Assembly: GCA_043779265.1 (NCBI GenBank)
Contig: JAYWEM010000010.1
Location: forward strand, 1 to 14,754
Direction: 5' to 3'
Length of the DNA stretch: 14,754 nt
DNA from: a bacterium
Lineage (GTDB): Bacteria > Eisenbacteria > RBG-16-71-46
The translations under genes were made by a program, and so were the position numbers. Under the pieces are notes generated by a model, which saw only the letters and a program-made list of their open reading frames with translations, ran no database searches and was not told where the DNA came from. Below are positions 7,264 to 14,754 of the stretch, piece by piece (within the stretch, counting starts at the first letter, position 1; every line of letters begins with the position of its first letter).

Positions 7264-7318
7264 GGGAGGTACTGCCTCCTGTCGCGACGTGAGCGGTGCC
7301 TGGGCCGGACGCCACACG

Positions 7319-7765
7319 CTACGCGGGGATTTCCGGCTCGACCAGTCGGGCGAGTTGCTCCAGCGACTCCTGCCAGCCGAGGTAGCACATCTCGGTCGGA
7401 ATGACCTCGGGGATGCCCTCTTGCACGATGCTCACCTCCACGCCGCAGGCGACCTGCAGGATCGTCACCGTCACCTGCATCTCGCCCGGCAGGTTCGGGT
7501 CATCGAACGTGTCGGTGTATCGCACCAGCTTGCCGGGCACCAGTTCTTTGTACTCACCGCCGAAGGAGTGGCTCTTGTCCGCCGAGAAGTTGTGGAACGA
7601 CATCCGGAATGTGCCCCCGACCTTGGCTTCCAAGTGGTGCACCTTGCATGTGAACCCGTAGGGCGGAAGCCACTTGCTCATCGCCTCGGCCTCGGTGAAC
7701 GCGCGATAGAGCTTGGTGGGCGTGGTGCGGAGCACTCGGTGAAGTCGGACCGTGCCTGTGGCCAT
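7319..7765 (-). CDS. SRPBCC / AHSA1 (START-like) family protein, 148 aa
   Basis: VRLHRVL...YRAFT...KWLPPYGF...VGGTFRMSF...FGGEYKELVP...YTDTFDDPNLPGEM...CYLGWQESLEQLARLVEP. GAGGAG SD upstream. Confidence 0.93.
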   Translation of the reverse strand: MATGTVRLHRVLRTTPTKLYRAFTEAEAMSKWLPPYGFTCKVHHLEAKVGGTFRMSFHNFSADKSHSFGGEYKELVPGKLVRYTDTFDDPNLPGEMQVTVTILQVACGVEVSIVQEGIPEVIPTEMCYLGWQESLEQLARLVEPEIPA

Positions 7766-7880
7766 GACCGGATCTCCTCTACGACGTTGGGACTGGCTCG
7801 AACGAGCAACGCGGGAACAGCGGTCGAGGTCAGACTACGACGGGGCGTCGGGCGGAAGGCTTGCGTGTACGCGCGACACG

Positions 7881-8450
7881 CTATCCCGCCGCCTCATAGG
7901 CCGCTTGGATCCACGCGATCAGCTCGGCATCCACTTCCTTGGCGTCGGTGAGCTTGATCTTGTAGTTGCACATCTGCCCCGGCGGCAGCTCCAGCAGACG
8001 GTCGCCGGCCTTGAGCCCCTTCGCGTTCAGTCCGACCTCGACGCGCGTGTTGGTGGCAGGGCCGATCATGGCGAACTGCTTCTTGCGCCGATAGCTGACG
8101 TAGGTCTTCTTGGGCGCCTCTTCGAAGCTCCCGAGCTTGCGCAGCGCCACCATCAACTTGTCGTGGATGGGGCGCAGCGCCTTCTTCGGCCCCGTGTAGA
8201 GCCCGTCGAGCACTTGCGTCGCCGAGAGTCCCTCGACCGCGCTCGGCCCGCCGGACTTGAGCGCCGAGTGCACCAGCGTGTTGGCGTCGCCATGCCCCAT
8301 GCCGAGCGTGGTCTTGAGCATCGCGACCAACTCACCGTGCTTGGAGAGTCCGCTGCCCTTCACGATCGCCGTGAGCTGCTTGAGCGACCTCCCTGTCCGC
8401 TTCTCGATGTTGGCCAGCTGGGTCGCGAGGGCCTTGTCGATATCTGCCAT
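7881..8450 (-). CDS. DUF4287 + DUF5655 domain protein, 189 aa
   Basis: N-terminal NIEKRTGRS...KHGELVAMLK..LGMGHGDAN is DUF4287-like. C-terminal YTGPKKALRPI...PKKTYVSYRRKKQFA...EVDAELIAWIQAAY is DUF5655-like. AGGAG SD upstream. Confidence 0.85.
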   Translation of the reverse strand: MADIDKALATQLANIEKRTGRSLKQLTAIVKGSGLSKHGELVAMLKTTLGMGHGDANTLVHSALKSGGPSAVEGLSATQVLDGLYTGPKKALRPIHDKLMVALRKLGSFEEAPKKTYVSYRRKKQFAMIGPATNTRVEVGLNAKGLKAGDRLLELPPGQMCNYKIKLTDAKEVDAELIAWIQAAYEAAG

Positions 8451-8493
8451 GAGTCGGGCTCCTGGGTGGGTCGTTGCGCTTGCGACGTCGATG

Positions 8494-8922
8494 CTATGGC
8501 ACGATCCGGATGCGCATGAGATCAGGCGTCAGTTCCAGGATCTCGAATGAGCTCAGAGCGTTGCCCGAGGCATCCGTGAGGTGCACCCGGTTCGGATGTG
8601 TGCGGTCGGTCGACCACGTCATCGACTCCATATGATGTGCGTCCGCCGGGTCGAGCACGAGGCGCGCGCCGGTGCGATCCTGACTGAACTGATACACCTG
8701 CCGGAAGCGCGATGCGGGGAAGTCCCTCGATGAGACCGGGCGGTACACCTGGGCCCCATCTCCCTGGTCCTCCTCGCTCGAGTGCGCCCAACTCGTGTAG
8801 AGCTCGTTCTGCTCAGCGAGCGACGAAGCCGCCGGCCCGGAGACGTGCGAGTCGCGTTCCGCACAGCCCAGGCTGACGAACGAGATGAACAGCAGGGCCA
8901 CTGCGAACTGAGACGCTCTCAT
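8494..8922 (-). CDS. Hypothetical lipoprotein, about 142 aa
   Basis: ATG 8922 follows GGGAGGGG. MRASQFAVALLFISFVSLG-C forms a lipobox. The mature region (WAHSSEED...VYRP...FPASRFR..YQF) is beta-rich, possibly lipocalin-like. Confidence 0.75.
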   Translation of the reverse strand: MRASQFAVALLFISFVSLGCAERDSHVSGPAASSLAEQNELYTSWAHSSEEDQGDGAQVYRPVSSRDFPASRFRQVYQFSQDRTGARLVLDPADAHHMESMTWSTDRTHPNRVHLTDASGNALSSFEILELTPDLMRIRIVP

Positions 8923-9053
8923 GGGTCCCCTCCCAGATTCGGTGCGCCCGGTCGTCTTTCCACCCGTGCCTCGCAGGATACGCCTCGCCACTAGGGCGGT
9001 GCAGCCCCCGTTTCACTGCACGCCGGAGCGAGCGCAGAAGGAGCCTCGCGGCA

Positions 9054-10001
9054 CTAGGCTCGGACCTGGCTGTCGGGTCTCGGCCGAACGCTTCGCAGCA
9101 GCTTGCTCCCGGCGGCGAACAGCGCGACGCCGATGAAGAGCACCAGGAGCTGCTTGACCATCTGGTCACTGCTCGGGGCCTTGAAGACGGGCCCATCGAG
9201 CACGACCCACGCTGACACCGCGGAGATGACGATGCCGAGCACGCCTTGGAGTCGTTCCAGCGCGGCCGTCCAACGTCCCGTCACGATCACGCTCAGCCAG
9301 AGCGGCGCATGCAGGAGCAGGAGTCCCAGGAGCCAGGGCGCCTGACGCCGAAGGAAGGTGTCGGAGTAGGTGAGCGCCTCGTAGGCCGCCGGCGCCGCTC
9401 GACCGCCCCAGAAGAGGTCGAGCACCAAGCGCGGATCCATGAGCGCAGACACGCCGAACAAGAGGCCGACGAGCGCCATCACGATGGCGGTGCGACCACC
9501 CGAGACGCGCTCGCGCGAACGCGGATCCCACTCGCCCGTCGGCAGCGCTCGGCGCCGACTCCATGACGACAGGCCGTGGTACACGACCAACACACCCGGC
9601 CACCACAGGGACGCGATCACGACACGCACCCACCATTGCCCGATTATCGACAGCAGGCTCACGCCAGGGCTCGAAGGCTGCTGGAACATCTCCACCAGCC
9701 CGAGGACCCAGATGATCGCCATGCCGATGGCACTCGTACGCACGAACGCGTGTCCGTCCGCGGGATCGATGACCGTGAGCGAGGGTCGGTAGCGTGCGGC
9801 CACATCGGCAGGACGACCGAACTCACGAACAAGTCGCGTGGCCATGTCGGCATCGGCGAGTTGGCCCGAGTCCCCGGCCTTGTCATGCAGCTCCTCCTGC
9901 AAGAGGGCGCGCAACTCGAAGGCCACGTCGTTGCGCTGCTTGCGAGGCAGGCGTTCGGCGATCTCGGTGATATAGGCCTCGATGACGTCATTCGCGTTCA
10001 T
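9054..10001 (-). CDS. Multi-pass membrane protein with N-terminal helical HAAS-like domain, about 315 aa, PadR partner
   Basis: ATG 10001 overlaps the PadR stop (ATGA). N-terminus VIEAYITEIAERLPRKQRNDVAFELRALLQEEL...FGRPADVAARY is followed by about six hydrophobic segments. Confidence 0.82.
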   Translation of the reverse strand: MNANDVIEAYITEIAERLPRKQRNDVAFELRALLQEELHDKAGDSGQLADADMATRLVREFGRPADVAARYRPSLTVIDPADGHAFVRTSAIGMAIIWVLGLVEMFQQPSSPGVSLLSIIGQWWVRVVIASLWWPGVLVVYHGLSSWSRRRALPTGEWDPRSRERVSGGRTAIVMALVGLLFGVSALMDPRLVLDLFWGGRAAPAAYEALTYSDTFLRRQAPWLLGLLLLHAPLWLSVIVTGRWTAALERLQGVLGIVISAVSAWVVLDGPVFKAPSSDQMVKQLLVLFIGVALFAAGSKLLRSVRPRPDSQVRA

Positions 10002-10339
10002 GATCGGTCCTCCCCCAACAGCCGGTCCATGGCCTGATTCATGCCGTGCCACGACTCCGTGAGCTTTTTGAGCAACTTGCGACCGTCTGCATTGAGTGCG
10101 TAGTAGCGCCGCGGCGGACCGTCCTCGATCTTCCACTCGCTCTTGAGGAGCCCCTGCGTCTCCAGGCGACGAAGCAGCGGATAGAGCGTGCCCTCCTCGA
10201 TCGGCAGCCCTTGATCCGCGAGCACCTGCTTCAGCTCGTAGCCATAGCGCGGGCTCCGCAACTGCGAGAGCGTGGCCAGTACCACCACGCCTCGCCGCAG
10301 CTCGAGTTCCAGCTTGCCGATCGCGTCCGTCTCACCCAT
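9998..10339 (-). CDS. PadR-family transcriptional regulator, about 113 aa, probably leaderless
   Basis: ELRRGVVVLATL...YGYEL...IEEGTLYPLLRRLETQGLLKSEW...PPRRYYALN..GR winged-helix signature. Confidence 0.95.
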   Translation of the reverse strand: MGETDAIGKLELELRRGVVVLATLSQLRSPRYGYELKQVLADQGLPIEEGTLYPLLRRLETQGLLKSEWKIEDGPPRRYYALNADGRKLLKKLTESWHGMNQAMDRLLGEDRS

Positions 10340-10346
10340 GCGGGAC

Positions 10347-10375
10347 ACACTACTGTGCTGCACACAGTAACGCAA
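10347..10375 (-). promoter_or_regulatory. sigma70-type promoter TTGCGT-N17-TAGTGT with embedded palindromic operator TACTGTG-N5-CACAGTA (10351-10369)
   Basis: -35 at 10375-10370 and -10 at 10352-10347 with an exact 17-nt spacer. ATG lies 7 nt past the -10 with no SD. A perfect 7-bp inverted repeat fills the spacer. Confidence 0.8.
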
Positions 10376-10434
10376 TGGGAATCTTCGAACTCACGCTCCG
10401 CCACCCCGGGGCGCCTCGCACGCCCCCGATCTTT

Positions 10435-10487
10435 CACCTTGCTTACCGAGGGGAGCGAGGCGCATGCTCCCCTCGGTCACCGATATG
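10435..10487 (+). promoter_or_regulatory. Putative operator region of the second PadR: 12-bp perfect inverted repeat, also readable as two tandem 7-5-7 boxes
   Basis: ACCGAGGGGAGC (10445-10456) and GCTCCCCTCGGT (10466-10477) are exact reverse complements. The region also parses as CACCTTG-N5-CGAGGGG (10435-10453) and CCCCTCG-N5-CGATATG (10469-10487, overlapping the ATG). Possible promoter TTGCTT-N18-CATGCT. Confidence 0.65.
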
Positions 10488-10820
10488 AGCAAACCCACCG
10501 ACTTGGTCCAGGGCACACTCGATCTGCTCATCCTCAAGCTGCTGGCGATCCAGCCGCTGCACGGATGGGCGATCAGCCGCCGCCTGCGCGCGGTCTCGGG
10601 TGAAGTGCTTCAGGTCAGCGAAGGCTCGCTCTACCCCGCGCTGCACAAGCTCGAGCAAGAGGGCTGGATCCGCGCGGAATGGAAGCTCACCGAGAACAAC
10701 CGCCGCGCGAAGTTCTACGAACTGACGCGCGCCGGACGGCGACAGTTGCAGACCCAGGCCGCCTCGTGGGACCTGCTGTCCTCCGCGATCACCGCCGTCA
10801 TCCGGCTGTCCGAGAGCTGA
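10485..10820 (+). CDS. PadR-family transcriptional regulator (acidobacterial ADOP-associated type), about 111 aa
   Basis: DLVQGTLDLLILKLL...HGWAISRR...VSEGSLYPALHKLEQEGWIRAEW...NNRRAKFYELTRAGRRQL. Directly upstream of an ADOP permease. Alternative start at 10464. Confidence 0.95.
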   Translation: MSKPTDLVQGTLDLLILKLLAIQPLHGWAISRRLRAVSGEVLQVSEGSLYPALHKLEQEGWIRAEWKLTENNRRAKFYELTRAGRRQLQTQAASWDLLSSAITAVIRLSES

Positions 10821-10826
10821 TCGGCC

Positions 10827-13523
10827 ATGCGACTCGAGCGCTGGTGGACCACGTTGCGGCTGCGGCTCCGTACGTTGCTGCGCCGCGGCCAGATGCAGCA
10901 CGAGTTGGATGACGAGATGCAGTTCCATCTCGACCACCTGATCGACGACGGACTCGCGCGCGGCCTCTCTCCGACAGAAGCGCGCGCGGCGGCGTTGCGC
11001 ACGATGGGCGGGCTCACGCAACGCAAGGAGGAGGCACGCGACATGTGGGGACTGACGTGGCTCACCGACTTGGCCGACGACCTTCGATTCGCGCTGCGCA
11101 GCCTGTCGCGCGCCCGCGCGCTCACGGTCTTCGTGGTGTTGGCGCTGGCACTCGGCATCGGCATGACCGCAGCATCGTTCAGCATGCTCGACGCGCTGGT
11201 GTTCCGCCCCTACCCGGTGCCCGATCCCGGCAAGGTCGTCACGCTCGTGAGCACCTCGCGTGACCATGCGTTCGAACAGTTCTCGTATCGCGAGTTCCTC
11301 GACCTGCAGCAGTCCGCGCGCAGCTACGACGGCCTGGTGGCGAGCGGCACCGTGTTCGGCGTGGGCTACAGCCCCGACTCGCGCACGAGTCCGAGCGTCA
11401 AGGGGGGCATGCTCGTCTCGGGGGATTACTTCCGCGTGCTGGGCGTGGAGCCGCACCTCGGCCGCAGCTTCCGCGCCGAGGAGGACCGCGTCCCCGACCG
11501 AGACGCCGTCGTCGTACTGGCGCACGCGTTCTGGCAGCGGGAACTGGCCGGCGACCCGGACGTGGTGGGGCGGCATCTGCGCATCAACGGCCGCGACTTC
11601 ACCGTGATCGGCGTGGCGCCGCAGACGTTCCCCGGCATGTTCATCTTCTCGCGCAGTGATTTCTATCTGCCGCTCGCGATGGGCCGACTGTTCGAGGCCA
11701 CGGCCGAGCGCGACCTGCTCGAGGATCGCGACGCCCGCGTCCTCACCGTGCGAGGCCGACTGCGAGACGGTGTCACCCTGGCCGAGGCGCGCCACGAGGT
11801 GGCAGGCATCGCCAGCGCCTTCGAGCGCAGTCACCCCGTGCTCAATCGGGGCCGCGGCGCCTCGGTGCACACGCAACTGGCGATGCGCACCCAAGCCGAT
11901 GACGTGAACTGGAAGTTCGGCGCGATCTTCACCGTGCTCGGCCTGTGCACACTGCTCGTCGCCTGCACCAACGTGGCCGGGCTGCTGCTGTCGCGGGCCC
12001 GCGCACGCACACGCGAGATCGCCGTTCGCCTGGCGCTGGGCGCCGGTCGCGGCCGACTCGTGCGCTTCCTGCTCGCCGAGAGCCTCATCCTCGCCGGCGC
12101 CGGCGGCGCGGCGGGCGTGGTGCTGGGCTATGCCGCGATCCAGGCGCTGCGGCGCTTCTCGATCCCCGCCGACCTGCCCGTGACGGTCCCGTTCCAGATG
12201 GATGTGCGCGTGCTGCTCGCCTGCGTCGTGCTGGCGGTGACGAGCGCCGTGCTGTGCGGCCTCGCACCCGCACTGCAGAGCACGCGAGCCGATGTGACCG
12301 TCGGCCTGCGCTCGGCTGACGTCGATCCGCCCGGCCGGCGTGGCATGTGGGGCCGCAATGCTCTGGTGGTCTCGCAGGTGGCGCTCTCGCTCGCGCTGCT
12401 CACCGCGTCGTTCCTGATGGCGCGCAGTTTCCAGCAGAGCGTGGAGCAGTCATCCGGGCTGCGGACCGACCACCTGCTCATGGCGAGGCTCGATCCTCGA
12501 CTCCTGCAGTACGACACGGCGCGCACGCAGCGCTTCTACACGCAGCTCACCGAGCGCCTGCGCCAGGTGCCTGGTGTGGTGGGTACGGCGCTCACGCAGA
12601 ACCCGCCGCTCGGGCTCGACACGTTCGACCGCATCGAGTTCGTGCCCGAGGGCTACGACATGCCGCGCGACCGCGAGAGCCTGTCCGCGCCGAGCGACGC
12701 GATCGACGATGGCTACTTCGACACGTTCGGCGTCACGATCGCGCGCGGTCGCGCGTTCACCGCGCACGACGACTCCGCCTCGACGCGCGTCGCGATCGTC
12801 AGCGAGTTCATGGCAGAGCACTACTGGCCCGAGGGCGAGGCGGTGGGCCGCATCCTGCGGCTGGGCGGCCGTGACGGTACGCCGGTGGAGATCGTCGGCG
12901 TGTCGCAGACAATCAGCTACTCGAGCAGCCTCGAGAAGCCCGCCGACTTCATCTACCTGCCGCTCGCCCAGAAGCCCACGGCCCGCATGGTGATGATGGT
13001 GCGATCGACCGGCGACCCATTGCAGATGGTCGGCGCCGTGCGCGCCGCGGTGCACGCGATCGAGCCCGACCTGCCGATCCTGGAGATCCGCTCGTACGAG
13101 GAGCTGGTGCGCTACAGCAACACCGAGGGCCCGGCCGTGGCGATCCGCATGGTGGGCACCATGGGGTTGGTGGGCGTGCTGCTCGCGATCGCCGGCCTCT
13201 ACGGCCTCGTCGCGTACAACGTGGCGCGCCGCACACGCGAGATCGGCATCCGCATGGCGATCGGCGCGACCCACGCTGATGTGATGCGGCTGGTGCTGGG
13301 CAATGGGCTCACGCTGGTAGCGATCGGCACCGGGCTCGGACTGCTGCTCGGGTTCGCGCTCGAGCGTATGATCGACTCGATGCTGTTCGGCACCTCGGGC
13401 GTCGACTTGGTGTCCTACGCGATCGTCGTGCCGCTGATGCTGGCGGCCAGCGTGCTCGCCGCCTACCTGCCCGCCCGACGCGCCCTGCGGATCGAGCCCA
13501 CGGTGGCGTTGCGGTGCGAGTAG
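10827..13523 (+). CDS. ADOP-family duplicated ABC-type permease (prefix helical domain + 2x MacB-PCD/FtsX), 898 aa
   Basis: Prefix ELDDEMQFHLD...GLSPTEARAAALRTMGG, then DLRFALRSL...LALGIG. Two FtsX repeats (ACTNVAGLLLSRARARTREIAVRLALGAGR; GLYGLVAYNVARRTREIGIRMAIGA). Terminal PARRALRIEPTVALRCE. No ATPase gene adjacent. Confidence 0.95.
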   Translation: MRLERWWTTLRLRLRTLLRRGQMQHELDDEMQFHLDHLIDDGLARGLSPTEARAAALRTMGGLTQRKEEARDMWGLTWLTDLADDLRFALRSLSRARALTVFVVLALALGIGMTAASFSMLDALVFRPYPVPDPGKVVTLVSTSRDHAFEQFSYREFLDLQQSARSYDGLVASGTVFGVGYSPDSRTSPSVKGGMLVSGDYFRVLGVEPHLGRSFRAEEDRVPDRDAVVVLAHAFWQRELAGDPDVVGRHLRINGRDFTVIGVAPQTFPGMFIFSRSDFYLPLAMGRLFEATAERDLLEDRDARVLTVRGRLRDGVTLAEARHEVAGIASAFERSHPVLNRGRGASVHTQLAMRTQADDVNWKFGAIFTVLGLCTLLVACTNVAGLLLSRARARTREIAVRLALGAGRGRLVRFLLAESLILAGAGGAAGVVLGYAAIQALRRFSIPADLPVTVPFQMDVRVLLACVVLAVTSAVLCGLAPALQSTRADVTVGLRSADVDPPGRRGMWGRNALVVSQVALSLALLTASFLMARSFQQSVEQSSGLRTDHLLMARLDPRLLQYDTARTQRFYTQLTERLRQVPGVVGTALTQNPPLGLDTFDRIEFVPEGYDMPRDRESLSAPSDAIDDGYFDTFGVTIARGRAFTAHDDSASTRVAIVSEFMAEHYWPEGEAVGRILRLGGRDGTPVEIVGVSQTISYSSSLEKPADFIYLPLAQKPTARMVMMVRSTGDPLQMVGAVRAAVHAIEPDLPILEIRSYEELVRYSNTEGPAVAIRMVGTMGLVGVLLAIAGLYGLVAYNVARRTREIGIRMAIGATHADVMRLVLGNGLTLVAIGTGLGLLLGFALERMIDSMLFGTSGVDLVSYAIVVPLMLAASVLAAYLPARRALRIEPTVALRCE

Positions 13524-13710
13524 GGGCGAGCTCTCTCCGTTCGCGATGAGCAGACTGCCGAGTGGATGGTCGAGCATGCGGCAGAGGCTCCCCGAACCCG
13601 GTCGCGCCAAAGGCAGGCGACACGGATGACCGGTTCTGGCGCGAGCGCGGCGCGCGGGGAGGCGGCCTTCGCCACCGCTCCCGAGCGCCTGCCGGTGCTG
13701 CCGAGCGTCG

Positions 13711-14367
13711 CTACTCGGACCACGCCACCTTCCCCGTGTCGAGGTCGTAGACGCCCGAGATGACGCGGACGCTCTTGGCCAGATCTCCCAACTGCGCCTC
13801 GTTGCGGATGCGCGTGGCGATTTGCGACGCGTTCTCCTTGACGGTCAGGTCGAGCATGTCGCCCGGCTTGCCCTGGGTGGCCTCGACCGCGGGCTGGATG
13901 TCCCGCACCAGAGAGCCGACGTTGCCGGGCGCCGTGGCGCTGCCGAGTGCGGCCTTGACAGCGCCACAGCGCTCATGTCCCAGCACCACGATCAGCCGCG
14001 CACCCAGGTGCGCCACCGCGTACTCGATGCTGCCCAGCGCATGCTCGCCGATGAGGTTGCCCGCGGTGCGGATGACGAACAGGTCGCCGATGTTCTTGTC
14101 GAACACCAACTCGGGCGCCGTGCGCGAGTCGGCACAGCCCACGACGATGGTGTGCGGCTGCTGCGACTGGCCGGTCTCGGCGCGGCGCGCCGCGACGGGC
14201 TTGCCCTTGGTGACCTTGTGCGAGGCGAACCGCGCGTTGCCCGCCTTGAGCCGGGCGAGCGCGTCGTCCGGACCGACTGACTTGGCCAGTTCGGCCGCGA
14301 ACAACGTGGAGCCTGAGGCGAGCATGCAGACGGCTGCGAAGGTGATGAGAATGCGATGGCTGTGCAT
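13711..14367 (-). CDS. Beta-class carbonic anhydrase with N-terminal signal peptide, about 218 aa
   Basis: Zinc ligands CADSR and HERCGA, plus ALARLKAGNARF, GDLFVIRTAGN and GSIEYAV. ATG 14367 follows GAGGG and opens MHSHRILITFAAVCMLASGSTLFA-A. Confidence 0.95.
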   Translation of the reverse strand: MHSHRILITFAAVCMLASGSTLFAAELAKSVGPDDALARLKAGNARFASHKVTKGKPVAARRAETGQSQQPHTIVVGCADSRTAPELVFDKNIGDLFVIRTAGNLIGEHALGSIEYAVAHLGARLIVVLGHERCGAVKAALGSATAPGNVGSLVRDIQPAVEATQGKPGDMLDLTVKENASQIATRIRNEAQLGDLAKSVRVISGVYDLDTGKVAWSE

Positions 14368-14472
14368 GAGTGATGCCCTCTGGAGGATCATGGGTGTGCT
14401 GAAGCGCCGCGATGTCGAGCACCGCCGATCGGGCGCATGGTACAGGGCCCGCGGCGGAGTCACCGAGCGGGA

Positions 14473-14754
14473 TCAGTCGAAGTCGAACAGGTTGCCGAGG
14501 AATCCGCGCTGCTTCCTGCCGCGACCACCGCGGTCGTCATCGTCGTCGTCGTCGAAGTCACGCCGGTCGTCTGGCCCGCGGTCGTGCTGCCGGGACACCT
14601 GACGCTCGGGCGTCGGCATGGACTGCCCGGCACGCTCGATGATCTTGTCCAGTTCGCCTCGGTCCAGCCACACACCCCGACACTCTGGGCAGTAATCGAT
14701 CTCGATGCCCTCTCTCTCTGCGATGACAAGCACCGGATCCTTGCATGCCGGGCA
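14473..14754 (-). CDS. zf-TFIIB (transcription factor zinc-ribbon) domain protein, 5' end cut by the window edge
   Basis: The frame stays open to the last base and reads CPACKDPVLVIAEREGIEIDYCPECRGVWLDRGELDKIIER (two CxxC), then an acidic/Arg-rich tail ending FLGNLFDFD. Confidence 0.9.
   Translation of the reverse strand, partial: CPACKDPVLVIAEREGIEIDYCPECRGVWLDRGELDKIIERAGQSMPTPERQVSRQHDRGPDDRRDFDDDDDDDRGGRGRKQRGFLGNLFDFD

Noticed and set aside
7779..7842. CTACGACG repeated twice upstream of the SRPBCC gene (CGTCGTAG on the minus strand, ECF -10-like)
   Set aside because: The two copies share no -35 block, and an 8-mer repeat is too weak in GC-rich DNA.
8995..9024. Imperfect stem GGCGGTGCAG...CTGCACGCC between the lipoprotein and membrane-protein genes
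   Set aside because: Long loop and no U-tract, so it cannot be called a terminator.
10443..13610. Long antisense ORFs 10443..11894 (483 aa) and 12450..13610 (386 aa)
   Set aside because: Shadow frames of the high-GC PadR/ADOP genes, with no recognisable domain.
13524..13710. 187-nt gap between convergent genes with GC-rich stems and short ORFs
   Set aside because: No U-tract, no recognisable ncRNA or repeat, and the ORFs lack SD or domain support.
14534..14554. (TCG)n-like trinucleotide run
   Set aside because: It encodes the poly-Asp tract in the low-complexity tail of the zf-TFIIB protein and is not an independent repeat element.
1..14754. CRISPR array, cas or gasdermin genes, tRNA/rRNA, transposase or integrase
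   Set aside because: Looked for because TPR-CHAT proteases occur in defence loci. No spaced direct repeats or matching motifs were seen, so a defence role is not supported here.

Overview
High-GC bacterial DNA, gene-dense, starting in a poly-G run that is probably a contig-end artefact. The left 6.4 kb is a four-gene signalling module. An ECF sigma factor (apparent CTG start at 3111) is translationally coupled to a possibly exported TPR-CHAT (caspase-like) protease. Divergent from these are a membrane anti-sigma factor with two tandem HxxxCxxC zinc sites and a 650-aa secreted protein with a C-terminal FlgD-Ig domain. Both minus-strand genes are preceded by the same bipartite motif, TAAACG-N9-CTCGTGCGACG, which resembles an ECF promoter and suggests they are the sigma's regulon. 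The middle holds small minus-strand accessory genes (DUF1232/YkvA, STAS/SEC14-like, SRPBCC, DUF4287-DUF5655, a lipoprotein). Next come two back-to-back PadR + membrane-protein operons, one with a HAAS-like membrane protein and one with an ADOP duplicated permease, each with its own 7-5-7 palindrome. The window ends with a signal-peptide-bearing beta-carbonic anhydrase and an edge-truncated zf-TFIIB protein. Several starts were re-assigned from the ORF track using RBS and stop/start overlap evidence. All family calls come from motif recognition, not database searches.
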